64,000 nucleotides of DNA, taken from positions 17,920,001 through 17,984,000 of the forward strand of contig CM059433.1 of NCBI GenBank assembly GCA_030390025.1, in the 5' to 3' direction. Source of the DNA: Squalus acanthias. Its lineage: Eukaryota. The first letter of the stretch is position 1, and every line of letters begins with the position of its first letter. A program made the position numbers and the translations under genes. Below are positions 14,046 through 25,548 of this stretch, piece after piece. The notes below the pieces were generated by a model. It was not told the DNA's origin and made no database searches. It was given only the letters and a program-made list of their open reading frames with translations.

Positions 14046-14793
14046 GGCCCGTATTTTCCGATGCCTACGGGTGTGTACGGGCTGTGTACACACCCGTAGG
14101 GACATCGGAAATGCCGGTTTCAGGCATGCGAAGCGCATGCGCTGAAAACCGGCATTTCCGATCTGTCAAGAATGCTCTTGACAGATCGGACGCCTGCCCT
14201 GGAGAAGGGCCTCTGCGGGTGAAGAGTTCCGCTTTCTGCAGAATCTCCGCCCGCAGAAAACCCTTAAAAATCTTACGCCTGGCTTAAGGCCTGCTTTTAC
14301 CAGCATAAGAGTTGAAAAAAGTAAAAAAAAAAAAATTTCACTCATTTATAATTTTAAAATACTTTTAAAAAAGGTAAGTTTATTTTTAGCCCCGTAAAAA
14401 ACTTTAATTATTTTTTTCAAAAAATTTAATTTTTGTTTAAAATATTTAATTTATTGTAATTTTAACTCATTTTAAAAACGTGATGGTTTTTTAAAATTTA
14501 TTTAATGTTTTAGTGTCTTTTTGGGGTGATCTCCATTCATATATTTGACAGGTCTATCTGTCAAAAGTATGAAGGGAGATTCCCTTCCCCTATTGGCTGG
14601 CCAGGCCCACGTGATCCCAGGGACGCTTGCGAACCACATGCGCCTCTGGGATACGTGGGCCCTGCGCATTTCGACTGTGGAGAGGCCCAGATCAGAAGTG
14701 TCCGCACCTCGGGTCCCCTCAGGTAAGTTCGTAGATTTTTTTCCGATAGGAGGCATCCGCACGCAGGAAGCCTCCGATCGGAAATTACGGGCC
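14046..14793. mobile_element. PIF/Harbinger MITE, family B
   Basis: TIRs GGCCCGTATTTTCCGAT...ATCGGAAATTACGGGCC and an AT-rich core. Related to 50361-51120 and 60787-61496. TSD is degenerate. Confidence 0.83.
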
Positions 14794-15483
14794 AATAATT
14801 GAGCTAGCATCTACTGCTTCTTGTGGGAGAGACTTCCACACTTCTACCGCCCTTTGCATGAAGAGGTGTTTCCTCATTCTCTCCTGAATGGCCTGGCTCT
14901 GATTTTAAGGTTATGTCCCCTTGTCCTAGACTCCCCCACCAGCGGAAAAAGTTTCTCTCTATCTACCCTATCAATATCTTTCAAATTCCTAAAAATCTCA
15001 ATCAAATCACCCCTTAACCCTCTATATTCCAGGAAATACATGCCTGGTTTATGTCATCTCTTGCCATAATCTAACCCTTGGAGTTCTGGTAACATTCTGG
15101 TGAATCTGTACTGCACTCCTTCCAAGGCCAAAATATATCCTTTATAAGGTGTGGTGCACAGAACTGTACACAATACTCCAGATGTAGTCTAACCAGTGTT
15201 TTGTATAGCTATAGCAACATGTCCTTCCCTTTATGTTCTAGCACTCTAGTTATAAAGGCTAACATTCCATTAGGCTTTTTGATTATTTTCTTACCAGACT
15301 ACTACATTTTAGTGATCTGTCTACATGGATCCCGAAATCTCTTTGGACCACCACTGTTCCTAGCTTTTCACCATTTAAAAAATACTCAGATTTATCCTCT
15401 TTTGGTCCAAAATGGATGATCTCACATTTACCTCCATTGAAATCCATCTTCCACAGTTTTGTCCACTCACTTAATTTATCATT

Positions 15484-16236
15484 GGCCTGGAATTTGCGGT
15501 TAGTGGCGAAGCGACGTCGATCGCCGCTGACCTCAAAGAAAGCTGCCCCCAAAGATCTTGCGATCTCTGTGGTGAAAACTTTAGCTTTCTCGACCTTAAT
15601 TTGATTGTAGCGCTGTCAAAAGGAGATCTCCAGCATGCAGTAGCAGTGATGTCATCAAGCTCTCTAAGCAGCCAATCACATTTAAGAATTCTCATAGACA
15701 GCAAACCAGGAAATAAAACACAGCTTTTGCCATTCTTTTTTTAAAAACTTTACAGAGAGCAAAATAAAGATTGGGACGTACACATGGGGTTAAGGTAGAA
15801 GCTGAAATATCATAAACAAACTTAAAAAAAATTTTTTTAATACTTTATTATTTTAAAAATCTAGTAACTTTTATCATAATGGAGAAATTTGACATTCCAC
15901 AACAAAAAAAAAGTTTTTCAGGGCCAATGTTCTGCAGTCAATATGCCGTTAAAACCCCAGTTACACCTCTTTCAACAAAGCTTAACTTTTTAATGGCGTG
16001 TTTAACAGCAATATTAGAGCAGAAAAGGGGAAGTTTTCGTCAGTTCAAGTGATTTCACTGATTGCCAGCTATGGAGAGGGCAGCCTGTGGCGGAGCAGGA
16101 AATGACTGACCACAACTTCAGGTTTTCTGTGTTTATTTGCGCATGCGCTGAATCCTGAAGTTACGGTCAGTTTCAGAGGGGTAAAGACGGCGAACACTGA
16201 CAGTTTCGCTGACATTACCACCGCAAAATCCGGGCC
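15484..16236. mobile_element. PIF/Harbinger MITE, family C
   Basis: TIRs GGCCTGGAATTTGCGG...CCGCAAAATCCGGGCC, TSD ATT/AAT. Splits CR1 at LQRDI|DKLSEW. Oppositely oriented relative at 33177-33937. Confidence 0.85.
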
Positions 16237-16534
16237 AATGTCTCTTTGTAATTTTATACTCCCGTCTACACTACTTACTATGCCATCAATCTTTGTGTCA
16301 TCGGCAAACTTGGATAGATGGCTCTCTATTGTGTTATCTAAATATAGTGAATAGTTGATGCCCCAGAACAGATCCTTGTGGGACATCACTAGTCAATTCC
16401 TTCCAATTCGATTACATACCCATTATGCCTACTCTCTGTCTTCTACCGCCTAACCAATCTGCTAACCAGGTCATTAATTTGCCTTCAAGTCCATGAGCTT
16501 TAATTTTAGCTAACAGTCTCTTATGTGGAGTGTG

Positions 16535-16970
16535 TAGGCCACTTTGGCCTAGATTTTGGTCTGAGGACCTGAACGGAGAGGCCCGAGGATCGATGTAAAT
16601 TGGTCCTCGGGCCTCAATAGCATACTTGGTCACGCCTCCACAGGCAGCTCATCCAAGCGAAGAGATCGATGTCGAGCCTCCTGCCTCACTGGCAAAAGCT
16701 AAGTGCCAGGAGGAGGGGATTGGAATGGGCTATTGACGGGGGGGAGCACTCCTGCTTCTCCTGACTACACAGGATCATTTTTGTTAAGAAAAAAAATATA
16801 CCTACCTTTCATTGGTGGCTGCAGGGAATTCTGAATGGAGCAGGTCCATCTTTGACTAATTTCTGAATGGGGTCCTTCAAATGGTTCCTAATTTACATAT
16901 TTGAGGGGCCTAATGCCTGTTTTAGATGTCCACCTGAAACACGAGTGTAACGCATACCGATTTCTACCCT
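16535..16970. mobile_element. Partial Harbinger MITE related to 10576-11355
   Basis: Right end CCGATTTCTACCC and internal similarity to the reverse complement of 10576-10930. Left end unclear. Confidence 0.5.
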
Positions 16971-17456
16971 ATTGCGTTGTAATCAGGCTCTGCGATATAA
17001 CAGAACTGGAATCATGCCTTTGTGAAATTAGCAAACAAGAGAATGCAGTACAAATGTACTAACTCATTTGTTACCAATGTTGCACTGCCCCACTTCAACC
17101 CAATTATTTTAATTTGATTTACAGAATTTCTTCACAAAAGATTACAGTTAGATTTACATTGTAACTTCAGTGTTAAAATAATTTGCTTAATTTACTTACA
17201 ATTTAAAAGGAGTATCGGTGCTTATCAGATTGAGACCCAATTAGCCAGGCATGTTTTGAAGTTATTTCTGAATCTCATTAGTTCACTATTATTTTTCTGA
17301 GTTCATCCAATTCAAATTAATTTAAACTTGAGATGTCCTCTCAGCTATTACTGTCAGGTAACACCTGAAGCTACCTAATACCGTAATGGTTTTGCTGCAA
17401 GCAAAAAAATTAAAAGAATATGAATTTGGGAATCTGGATGTAAAAAGCTCTCTCCC

Positions 17457-17837
17457 TTTCTCTGTGACTCCACTTTCTCTGTGACTCCACTTTCTCTGTG
17501 ACCCCACTTTCTCTGTGACCCCACTTTCTCTGTGACTCCACTTTCTCTGTGACCCCACTTTCTCTGTGACCCCACTTTCTCTGTGACTCCACTTTCTCTG
17601 TGACCCCACTTTCTCTGTGACTCCACTTTCTCTGTGACCCCACTTTCTCTGTGACCCCACTTTCTCTGTGACTCCACTTTCTCTGTGACCCCACTTTCTC
17701 TGTGACCCCACTTTCTCTGTGACTCCACTTTCTCTGTGACCCCACTTTCTCTGTGACCCCACTTTCTCTGTGACCCCATTTTCTCTGTGACCCCACTTTC
17801 TCTGTAACCTCATTTTCTCTGTGACCCCACTTTCTCT
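17457..17837. repeat. 17-bp minisatellite (TCTGTGACYCCACTTTC)n, about 22 units
   Basis: Direct tandem repeat; overlapping ORFs repeat every 17 aa. Confidence 0.97.
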
Positions 17838-18329
17838 AATCCTCATGTCTTCTCACCACAAAGTTCTTCGATTGGTTCAGGAAATTGAACTAAAAGCTAT
17901 CTGTATAAGAAACCATTGGGACCAGGTAATTTCTTGTTAGAGATGTTCTGAATCAGACACTGCTCCTACATATCTTTGTACCGTATATGATTGGCCTGAA
18001 TGATAGCCCAAAGCTCATAGGTTTTGGAATCCATGAGGTCAAGTTATCAGTAAAGGGCAATCCCAGCTTTGGTGTTTAGACAAATCATTAATAAAGGTCC
18101 TGTCTGAGCGGAAAGACAAAAGGGAAAAAACAAAGGGAAGTAAATGCAATAAGCAATTGCTTTGGGAACAAAATTCAAACTAAGATAAACCTCGACATTA
18201 TTAATCTCTCAACAAATTACCATTAAACCACATTGCAAATGCATATTAAAGGAAAGCCAACCAGAATAAGGACTTTATGGAGGATGGAGAGCATTGGAGT
18301 AATCGAGTCTGGAGGTGACAAAGGCAGAG

Positions 18330-18630
18330 GCAGGCAATATTCTGTGGGTAGAAGTAAGGGATCTTTGTGATGGGGAAATGGAGTCGGAAGCTCAGCTCAT
18401 GGTTGGACAGGACACTGAGGTTTTAAATATTTTGGTTCAGCCTGAGACAGGACAGGAATGGAATTGGTGGTGAGGGTACAGAATGTCTGAAAACAATGGC
18501 TTTGGTATTCCCAACGTTTGCTGAAGGAAGTAATGGCTTATCCAAGTCTAAATATTGGATAAGCTGTCCGACAGCACAAAGGCAGTGGAGGGGGCTGAGA
18601 GGGGTGGTGGATTGGGCGAGCTGGGTGTTA
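18330..18630 (-). mobile_element. L2 LINE fragment
   Basis: Similar to 47600-47875 (ggagtcggaagctcagctc...aggcagtggagggg). Confidence 0.6.
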
Positions 18631-19092
18631 TTGATGTACATGAGTTTTTTCTTCACAAGTTTTCCTTAAAGAAAAGAATATACATATATGTTGTGAAACC
18701 ACTCTATGGTACTTATAGAGGAATGCATTCGGGAATATATTGATTCATTGGGGTAGTCAGGACATTGTGCTCACGTTAGGAAGAGCACACTTCATTGGGT
18801 GAGGATTATTTGATCACAGTCCCTGGGTTTTGGCTTGCTTGAGGGACATCAAAGATCTTACAAATATGATGATGGGCCTTGTAAGGTTGGGGCGTGCTGG
18901 AGCACCCAGAAGGGGTTGTTAGTTTGCAGCTCTGACTTTCTTGGAGGATGATCGGACTCTGTGTGGGGGATTTCAAACATGATATGACAATGGATCCACC
19001 TGGCTAGGTCTGCTCCTCTACTGTGGCCAGATTATGACCTTTCAACAAAAGGCAGATAAAGTCGGTATCACCCAGCATTACCGATTGCACTA

Positions 19093-19942
19093 CAGGAAAC
19101 TCTTGTTTAAACGGCACCTAAATATCCGGAATTCTCTACTAACCGGCAAAATTCAGGAGTAGGTTCAGGTAAGTTTTACTGTATATTAGTGGCCGTGTAA
19201 CAGGGACTCCTGGATCTGTGGCCGTGTAACTGGGACTCCTGCACAAGTGGCCGTGTAACAGGGACTCCTGCACAAGTGGCCGTGTAACCGGGGTTCCTGC
19301 ACAAGTGGCCGTGTAACCGGGACTCCTGCACAAGTGGCCGTGTAACCAAGGCTCCTGCACAAGTGGCCATGTAACCGCGGCTCCTGTACCTGTGGCCGTG
19401 TAACCGGGACTCCTGCACAAGTGGCCGTGTAACAGGGACTCCTGCACAAGTGGCCGTGTAACCGGGGTTCCTGCACAAGTGGCCGTGTAACCGGGACTCC
19501 TGCACAAGTGGCCGTGTAACCAAGGCTCCTGCACAAGTGGCCGTGTAACCGGGACTCCTGCACAAGTGGCCGTGTAACAGGGACTCCTGCACAAGTGGCC
19601 GTGTAACCGGGGTTCCTGCACAAGTGGCCGTGTAACCGGGACTCCTGCACAAGTGGCCGTGTAACCAAGGCTCCTGCACAAGTGGCCGTGTAACCGGGGT
19701 TCCTGCACAAGTGGCCGTGTAACCGGGACTCCTGCACAAGTGGCCGTGTAACCAAGGCTCCTGCACAAGTGGCCATGTAACCGCGGCTCCTGTACCTGTG
19801 GCCGTGTAACCGGGGCTCCTGCACTTGTGGCTGTGTAACGGGGCTCTCGTACCTTGGTAGGTATACATCTCCGTTATCCGGAATTTTTAATAAACCGGCA
19901 CCATCCCGGTCCCGTAGGTGCCAGATACCAAAGAGTTTCCTG
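19093..19942. mobile_element. Tc1/mariner (Tigger/pogo-like) MITE carrying an internal minisatellite
   Basis: TA|CAGGAAACTCTT....GGCACCTA ... TAGGTGCC....AAGAGTTTCCTG|TA: terminal inverted repeats with a TA duplication. Confidence 0.78.
19189..19848. repeat. 29-bp GC-rich minisatellite (TGGCCGTGTAACCGGGACTCCTGCACAAG)n, about 23 units
   Basis: Head-to-tail units without spacers; overlapping ORFs repeat every 29 aa. Confidence 0.97.
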
Positions 19943-22763
19943 TACCTCCAAATCAAACAGCTCCTAGTCATGCTCAGGAAACTCCCAAGTGAGCCAATCC
20001 TTCTGACAAATCCCACAATCACATCTCAACCCTCTTTTTGCTTCTAGATCTAAAGACAAAAGGGAAAGGCTTAAAGAGGCCCGAGTGATGTCTATGCCAG
20101 CTCAAGATAATATGTCAAGTATACCATATTTGGTCCCCAGCATCCACCCCTCCCTGGAAGATGAATGCTGGTGGGGCTGGGGCCAGAGGAGCAAACTACT
20201 GCTACACACATTCTCGTGCTGCCCCTGCATTCACCCATCCTTCGGAGGAATTTCCAGGCATAGATAGTATGAGAGGCCTCCCAATTCCTACGGATTCAAG
20301 CCTCTGCCTGTTGGCTTTATCCATGAGGGTGGACATCCCCGTTGCAACCCACAAGCTCGTGCTACTACCACTGCTAACTGCAAGATGATACGTTCCCCCA
20401 CTGTGGCAGAGCAATGCTCTCTCAATGACTCTATCCCAATACGAAAGCTTGATGTATTGACTCTGCCTGGGACTTGGGAAATACCAGGCAGTTTGAAACC
20501 AGTCCTGGCATTCGGCTATATTTTAATCTGCATTGCTTGTTCTAAAATAAAATTCCAATTGGCACTCAGCCAGCACAGAATACATGAAGCAGATATAGTT
20601 CAACAAAGGCTTTAGACGTGGAATCGAACAATAATGAGCAAATTGAAAGGACATATACATTGTTTGGAACTTAGTGCCATCCAGAGATCCCTGTAGTAAA
20701 CACTCTGTGCCAGTTTTAACTTGATTAGAGTGGTTGTTCTGTTTCAGAAAATAAATAGTTCTATATACATCGGATTTTATTGTCAAGTGCAAGGCTTATA
20801 CTTCTGGTCATTTCAATTACATGTTAGGTGACATGGCACTCACGCACATACACTTCACATATTCAGATGAATTATGATGCATACTGTATAAGATCACACG
20901 AGACTCACTGATTCATTACAATAGATAGTTACATGTACCATGACTCATTTGTGTGTGTAAAGTAAATATATTTCAGTGAGTAGGTCATAGAGGTGAACAG
21001 TATGGATTTAACATTATCTGGTCACAGGGAGTACATTTCCTTTTAGGTCACCAGCAGGAGGTGGATCGTGTAGCACAGTGCACCCTTTTTATGGTCCCAC
21101 ATTGAAGATCCATTCTCATGAAAGTCGCAAATCTATTGCGGTACAGATATTCGGATATCTCGTATTAGGACAGCAGACCTTGGGAATGTATCCATGAGAG
21201 ATGATCACCTCAGAACAGATAACACACGAAAGGGAGATCTCACAACAGAAAGTTTTCAAGGCCGCAAGACCGAAAGACTAAAAGAAGATGTTGATACTTT
21301 TTTATTTCCTTCATTTCTCTTGGTGAATTTTATACACTTCAAGATGGGAACGTCAGCAATGGCAAATGGAACATTTGCACTTCAGGCTCCCAAGAGCCGT
21401 ATTTTGGGTCTGTGAATGGACAAGGCAGAAGGCAGTTGCAGCAGCATTTATGCCCACCCAATTGGAGGAGGGCTGACCCCTCTGGAACCTCTGGGTTTAG
21501 CCTAATTATAATAAAGGCTGATGATCTAGAGCAGGCAGCTTGTCCAGAAAGGGCAGGAAATCTCATGTCATAAAACCTTAAAGGGAAAATTTAAAGGAAT
21601 GCAGCCACTTATCGGTAAAAATGTTGTTAGTCTTTAAAAATAAAAGCTGGCAATATTGTACATGGTTACTTTAGCCCATCTAAAGGCTGTTTGAGGCAGA
21701 AGAGTAGCTGGGAAAACCCATTGGCTGGTGTAATGACTGTGGAGGCTGGAAACGGAATCTGTGGGCAACAGATGAAACCGAATAGCACTCAAACACGCTG
21801 TCTGAAGGTTGGTGCGGATGGAGTTGCTTCATCGTGAGTTAGTGAGTTGTCCTCTGTGCTAGTCCAGGGCACTAATCCCAGAGGACTACAGTCCAGCATA
21901 AGTGGAAGGAGGCAGAGGCAAAACCGTTGAGGATTCTGGTGACATTGACTGTCACTGGCACTGTCGACCCTCTGGTGCCACTTGACAGGAGGCGGCCTTG
22001 CAGCAGACGGCACAGGTGTGTCAAGACCTGCAGATAGGTTTATTGGCATCATGGTAGGTCTGACCAATTTAGCACTTCTGCCTGTTGATTTCTTTCTCAT
22101 GGCTTCCTGCAACTAGTATGAAATACTGAGGCTTGGCGTGCTTTCAAAGCATCCCCGGCATTGAGATTAATTAGGGGTTCCTCAGATCTCATTCGTGCCG
22201 TCAGGACTGATGTCACACAGATCAGTGGGCATGATGAGGCAGTGCCCAGTAGCGAGGGCGTGGAGGGAATGGTCACAGATTTCTGTTCCTGTCTCTTAGT
22301 CGTTATTCCCAGCCCCATGCTGACTTTATGTTCGCTGACTTCACAGGGGCCACGCTCTGTGGCTGCTTCATCCTCTGTCTGGTTGCATAACAGTTTGTTC
22401 CTCTCAGGAATGCATCAGCTTTTGTTATCAGTATACTGGCCTCGCATCCTGTCTCCAAGCCTTACCTTCCCAGCTTTTTAGGTATGTGGGTCTCTTCGCA
22501 ACCAGCTTTCTTATCTCGGTAAGGATTACCTCTTGACCTGGGAGTTACAGCTAAGAGAACCTCAGCATTCTCTGTCTCTAAGCTTCCTTTGTTCACTATA
22601 ACAGCAGGAACAAGATTCAATCCCCACCCCCTTTCTCCACATTGCTCGCTAGCTAAAAAGTTACTGCCACCTGAGATACTTGACCATTTAAACCACTGTA
22701 AAATATTCGAACATCTCCCATTAACACAGAGGATCCAGTCATTCACTGACTCCTCAAGAGGAG

Positions 22764-22984
22764 TCGATAGTAGCCATGATGTGGAGATGCCGGTGTTGGA
22801 CTGGGGTGGACAAATGTGAGAAGTCGCACAACACCAGGTTATAGTCCAACAGTTTTATTTGAAATCACAAGCTTTCGGAGCGCTGCTCCTTCATCACCTG
22901 ACGAAGGAGCAGCGCTCCGAAAGCTTGTGATTTCAAATAAAACTGTTGGACTATAACCTGGTGTTGTGCGACTTCACACATTTG
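22764..22984. mobile_element. Penelope-like element remnant forming a near-perfect palindrome
   Basis: Arms 22808-22896 and 22899-22987 differ at 2 positions. Flanked by direct repeat TCCTCAAGAGGAG (22751-22763 and 22985-22997). Contains a hammerhead core. Confidence 0.75.
22893..22931 (+). ncRNA. Minimal type I hammerhead ribozyme motif (Penelope type)
   Basis: ATCAC-CTGACGA-A-GGAGC-AGC-GCTCC-GAAA-GC-TT-GTGAT. Stem I ATCAC/GTGAT, stem II GGAGC/GCTCC, palindromic AAGCTT in place of stem III. Confidence 0.68.
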
Positions 22985-23618
22985 TCCTCAAGAGGAGAGG
23001 ACAAAGAAGGAGCAGTAGGTTAGGATTCAGAGCGCACATGTCATACAGCATCACCAAAGGGGAAGCACTGGGGTACTAAAGCACAAACATGCATGCACAG
23101 CACACACACACACGCGCACAGGGACTGCACGTATGTACACACGCACTCGCACACACACTCGCACACATAGAAACATAGACCCACTTCACTTCTCGGGAAT
23201 TAAAATTTGGCTGAAATGAACTGTGTCCAGAGAATGTTCTTTGCATGGTGTTAGATAATGTATCAACAGGTGATATGAATTTGTAGCTAAAGGCAATGTA
23301 TGGAAAGTTTCAATGTAAAAGGGAGCCTGGGGTACAGCCTTCTCATGTTCCGCAGGCAGATCTCCAGGCTCTTGCTGTTCATGGTGCTTATCAACTGACT
23401 GTTGTGCAGCATTCAGCAGATCCTGGAGACTTTGCTTGATCTTCCAGCACACTTCATGACCTGTCAAGGCATTTGAAATGCTGCTTGAGGATGGCCGCTG
23501 GCGCGTTCTATTATAATCCGCATAGTTGCATGCACTTTATTATACCAGTGCTCCACAGGTTTTTGTGGCTGTCTGAGGTGTATCATGAGCTATGGCTGCA
23601 AACAATAGCCTTTCTCAT

Positions 23619-25548
23619 AAGAACATAAGAAATAGGAGCAGGAGTAGGCCATTCAGCCCCTCGAGCCTGCTCCGCCATTTAATAAAATCATGGCTGATCT
23701 GATCTTGGCCTCAACTCCACTTTCCTGCCTGCTCCCCATAACCCTTGATTCCCCTGTTTTTCAAAAATTTGTCTATCTCCGCCTTGAATATATTCAATGA
23801 CTCAGCCTCCACAGCTCTCTGGGGTAGAGAATTCCAAAGATTCACGACCCTCTGAGACAAGAAATTCCTCCTCATCTCCGTTTTAAATGGGCGACCCCTT
23901 ATTCTGAAACTATGCCCCCTCATTCTAGATTCTCCCACGAGGGGAAACATCCTCCCTGCATCTACCCTGTCAAGCCCCATCAGAATCTTATATGTTTCAA
24001 TAAGATCACCTCTCATTCTTCTAAACTCCAATGAGTATAGGCCCAACCTGCTCAACCTTTCCTCATAAGACAACCCCTTCAACTCAGGAATCAACCTAGT
24101 GAACCTTCTCTGACCTGTCTCCAATGCAAGTATATCCTTCCTTAAATAAGGAGACCAAAACTGTACGCAGTACTCCAGGTGTGGTCTCACCAACGCCCTG
24201 TACAGTTGTAGCAAGACTTCCCTACTTTTATACTCCATCCCCCTTGCAATAAAGGCCAATATTCCATTTGCCTTCCTAATTACTTGCTGTACCTGCATGC
24301 TAACTTTTTGTGTTTCATGTACGAGGACACCCAGATCCCTCTGTACCGCAACATTCTGTAGTCTCTCTCCATTTAAATAATATTTTGTTTTATATTCTTC
24401 CTACCAAAGTGGATAACCTCACATTTTCCCACATTATGCTCCATCTGCCAAATTTTTGCCCACTCACTTAGCCTATCTATATCCCTTTGCAGACTCTTTG
24501 GGCTGGATTTTACTCACCGAGATGAGTTGGGGGCAGGACTGCTACCTTCCGGGTTCTAGTCCCACCCCCAGCGACGTCTGACGCACAGACGCTAGTTTCC
24601 CTTGATTGGCTTTATTAAGCCCGCCCTGCGGGCTTGCCGGCCAATTAAGGGAAAGCCGGTGTCAGATGACGTCAGTTGATGTCGCTTCATCTGCTGGTTT
24701 TCTTAAAGGCACATGAACCATAAATTTTTGACAGATGATTTGACAGTGTTTGACAGCATTGAGTTGCTGTCAAACACTGTACAAAGGTGAGCCCTTGCAC
24801 CCAGACTCTCCAATGACTCTCTCCTTAGGATGAAACAGATGGCAGCTGCAGGGTGAGGGTACAGAAGCGATCTGTCACTTCTCCCATTGAGGTGAGGCCA
24901 CACAAACACTTCAAAGCTTGTCACCTGCAGAAAAATCTAAACACATTAAAAATGACTTTCCCAACATCTCCTTACCTCTGATACTCACCAGTGTCCCATT
25001 GCATCCTTCACACCACTCCTGCAGCTGTCATCTGTACACCAACAGTACAACAGACCCACAACACGCCTCACTTATCCTGGTGGGGTTCCAGGCAGTTAAG
25101 TGGCTATAAAATCTCTTCCCGCCGCTAGGAGTCGGGTCCCTGCACAAATCGGGTACCCGACTCCCGGGAAGATTGGTTGGAGGCGGGTTGTGAGCGGGTT
25201 CGGAAGCCGCTCCCATTCTTTTTGACTTTCCTCAGCAGTCCCGCCTCCAAACCCGCCTCCTCAGGGCTGGTAAAATCGAGCCCTTTGTGTCCTCCTCACA
25301 ACTTGCTTTCCCACCTATCTTTGTATCGTCAGCAAATTTGGCAACAGTACACTCAGTCCCCTCATCCAAGTCATTAATATAGATTGTAAGTAGTTGAGGC
25401 CCCAGCACCAATCCCTGTGGCACCCCACTATTTACAGTTTGCCAACCTGAAAATGACCCATTTATTCCGACTCTCTGTTTTCTGTTAGTTAGCCAATCCT
25501 CTATCCATGCTAATATATTACCCCAACACCGTGAGCTCTTATCTTGTG
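23619..25548 (-). mobile_element. 5'-truncated CR1 LINE interrupted by a Harbinger MITE
   Basis: 195-aa RT C-terminal ORF at 23711-24298, GVPQGLVLGP and KFADDTK at 25284-25548, tail (ttcttatg)n, CAT duplicated at both ends. Confidence 0.93.
24500..25283. mobile_element. PIF/Harbinger MITE, related to family A but a distinct subfamily
   Basis: TIRs GGGCTGGATTTTAC...GTAAAATCGAGCCC, TSD TTT. Confidence 0.88.

Larger units (their letters stand above)
13882..16530 (-). mobile_element. CR1 LINE fragment interrupted by two Harbinger MITEs
   Basis: 3' UTR at 13882-14045. Coding remnants at 14794-15483 and 16237-16530 (PHKRLLAKIKAHG, SKFADDTK, KCEIIHFG). Confidence 0.88.

Noticed and set aside
19189..19848. 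CRISPR-like array (29-bp repeats)
   Set aside because: The units are contiguous with no unique spacers, there are no cas genes, and the context is a vertebrate intron. It is a minisatellite.
17322..20022. Long repetitive ORFs (128-278 aa) over the two minisatellites
   Set aside because: They are open in all three frames only because the repeat unit lacks stops on that strand. No splice or homology support.
21450..22600. Possible decayed Myb/SANT partner gene of the 23330-26085 transposase
   Set aside because: Only faint motif resemblance across frameshifts and no TIRs found. Needs a profile search.
23090..23170. CA-rich low-complexity tract, and a 19-bp tandem duplication at about 30560-30600
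   Set aside because: Ordinary slippage products with no further structure.
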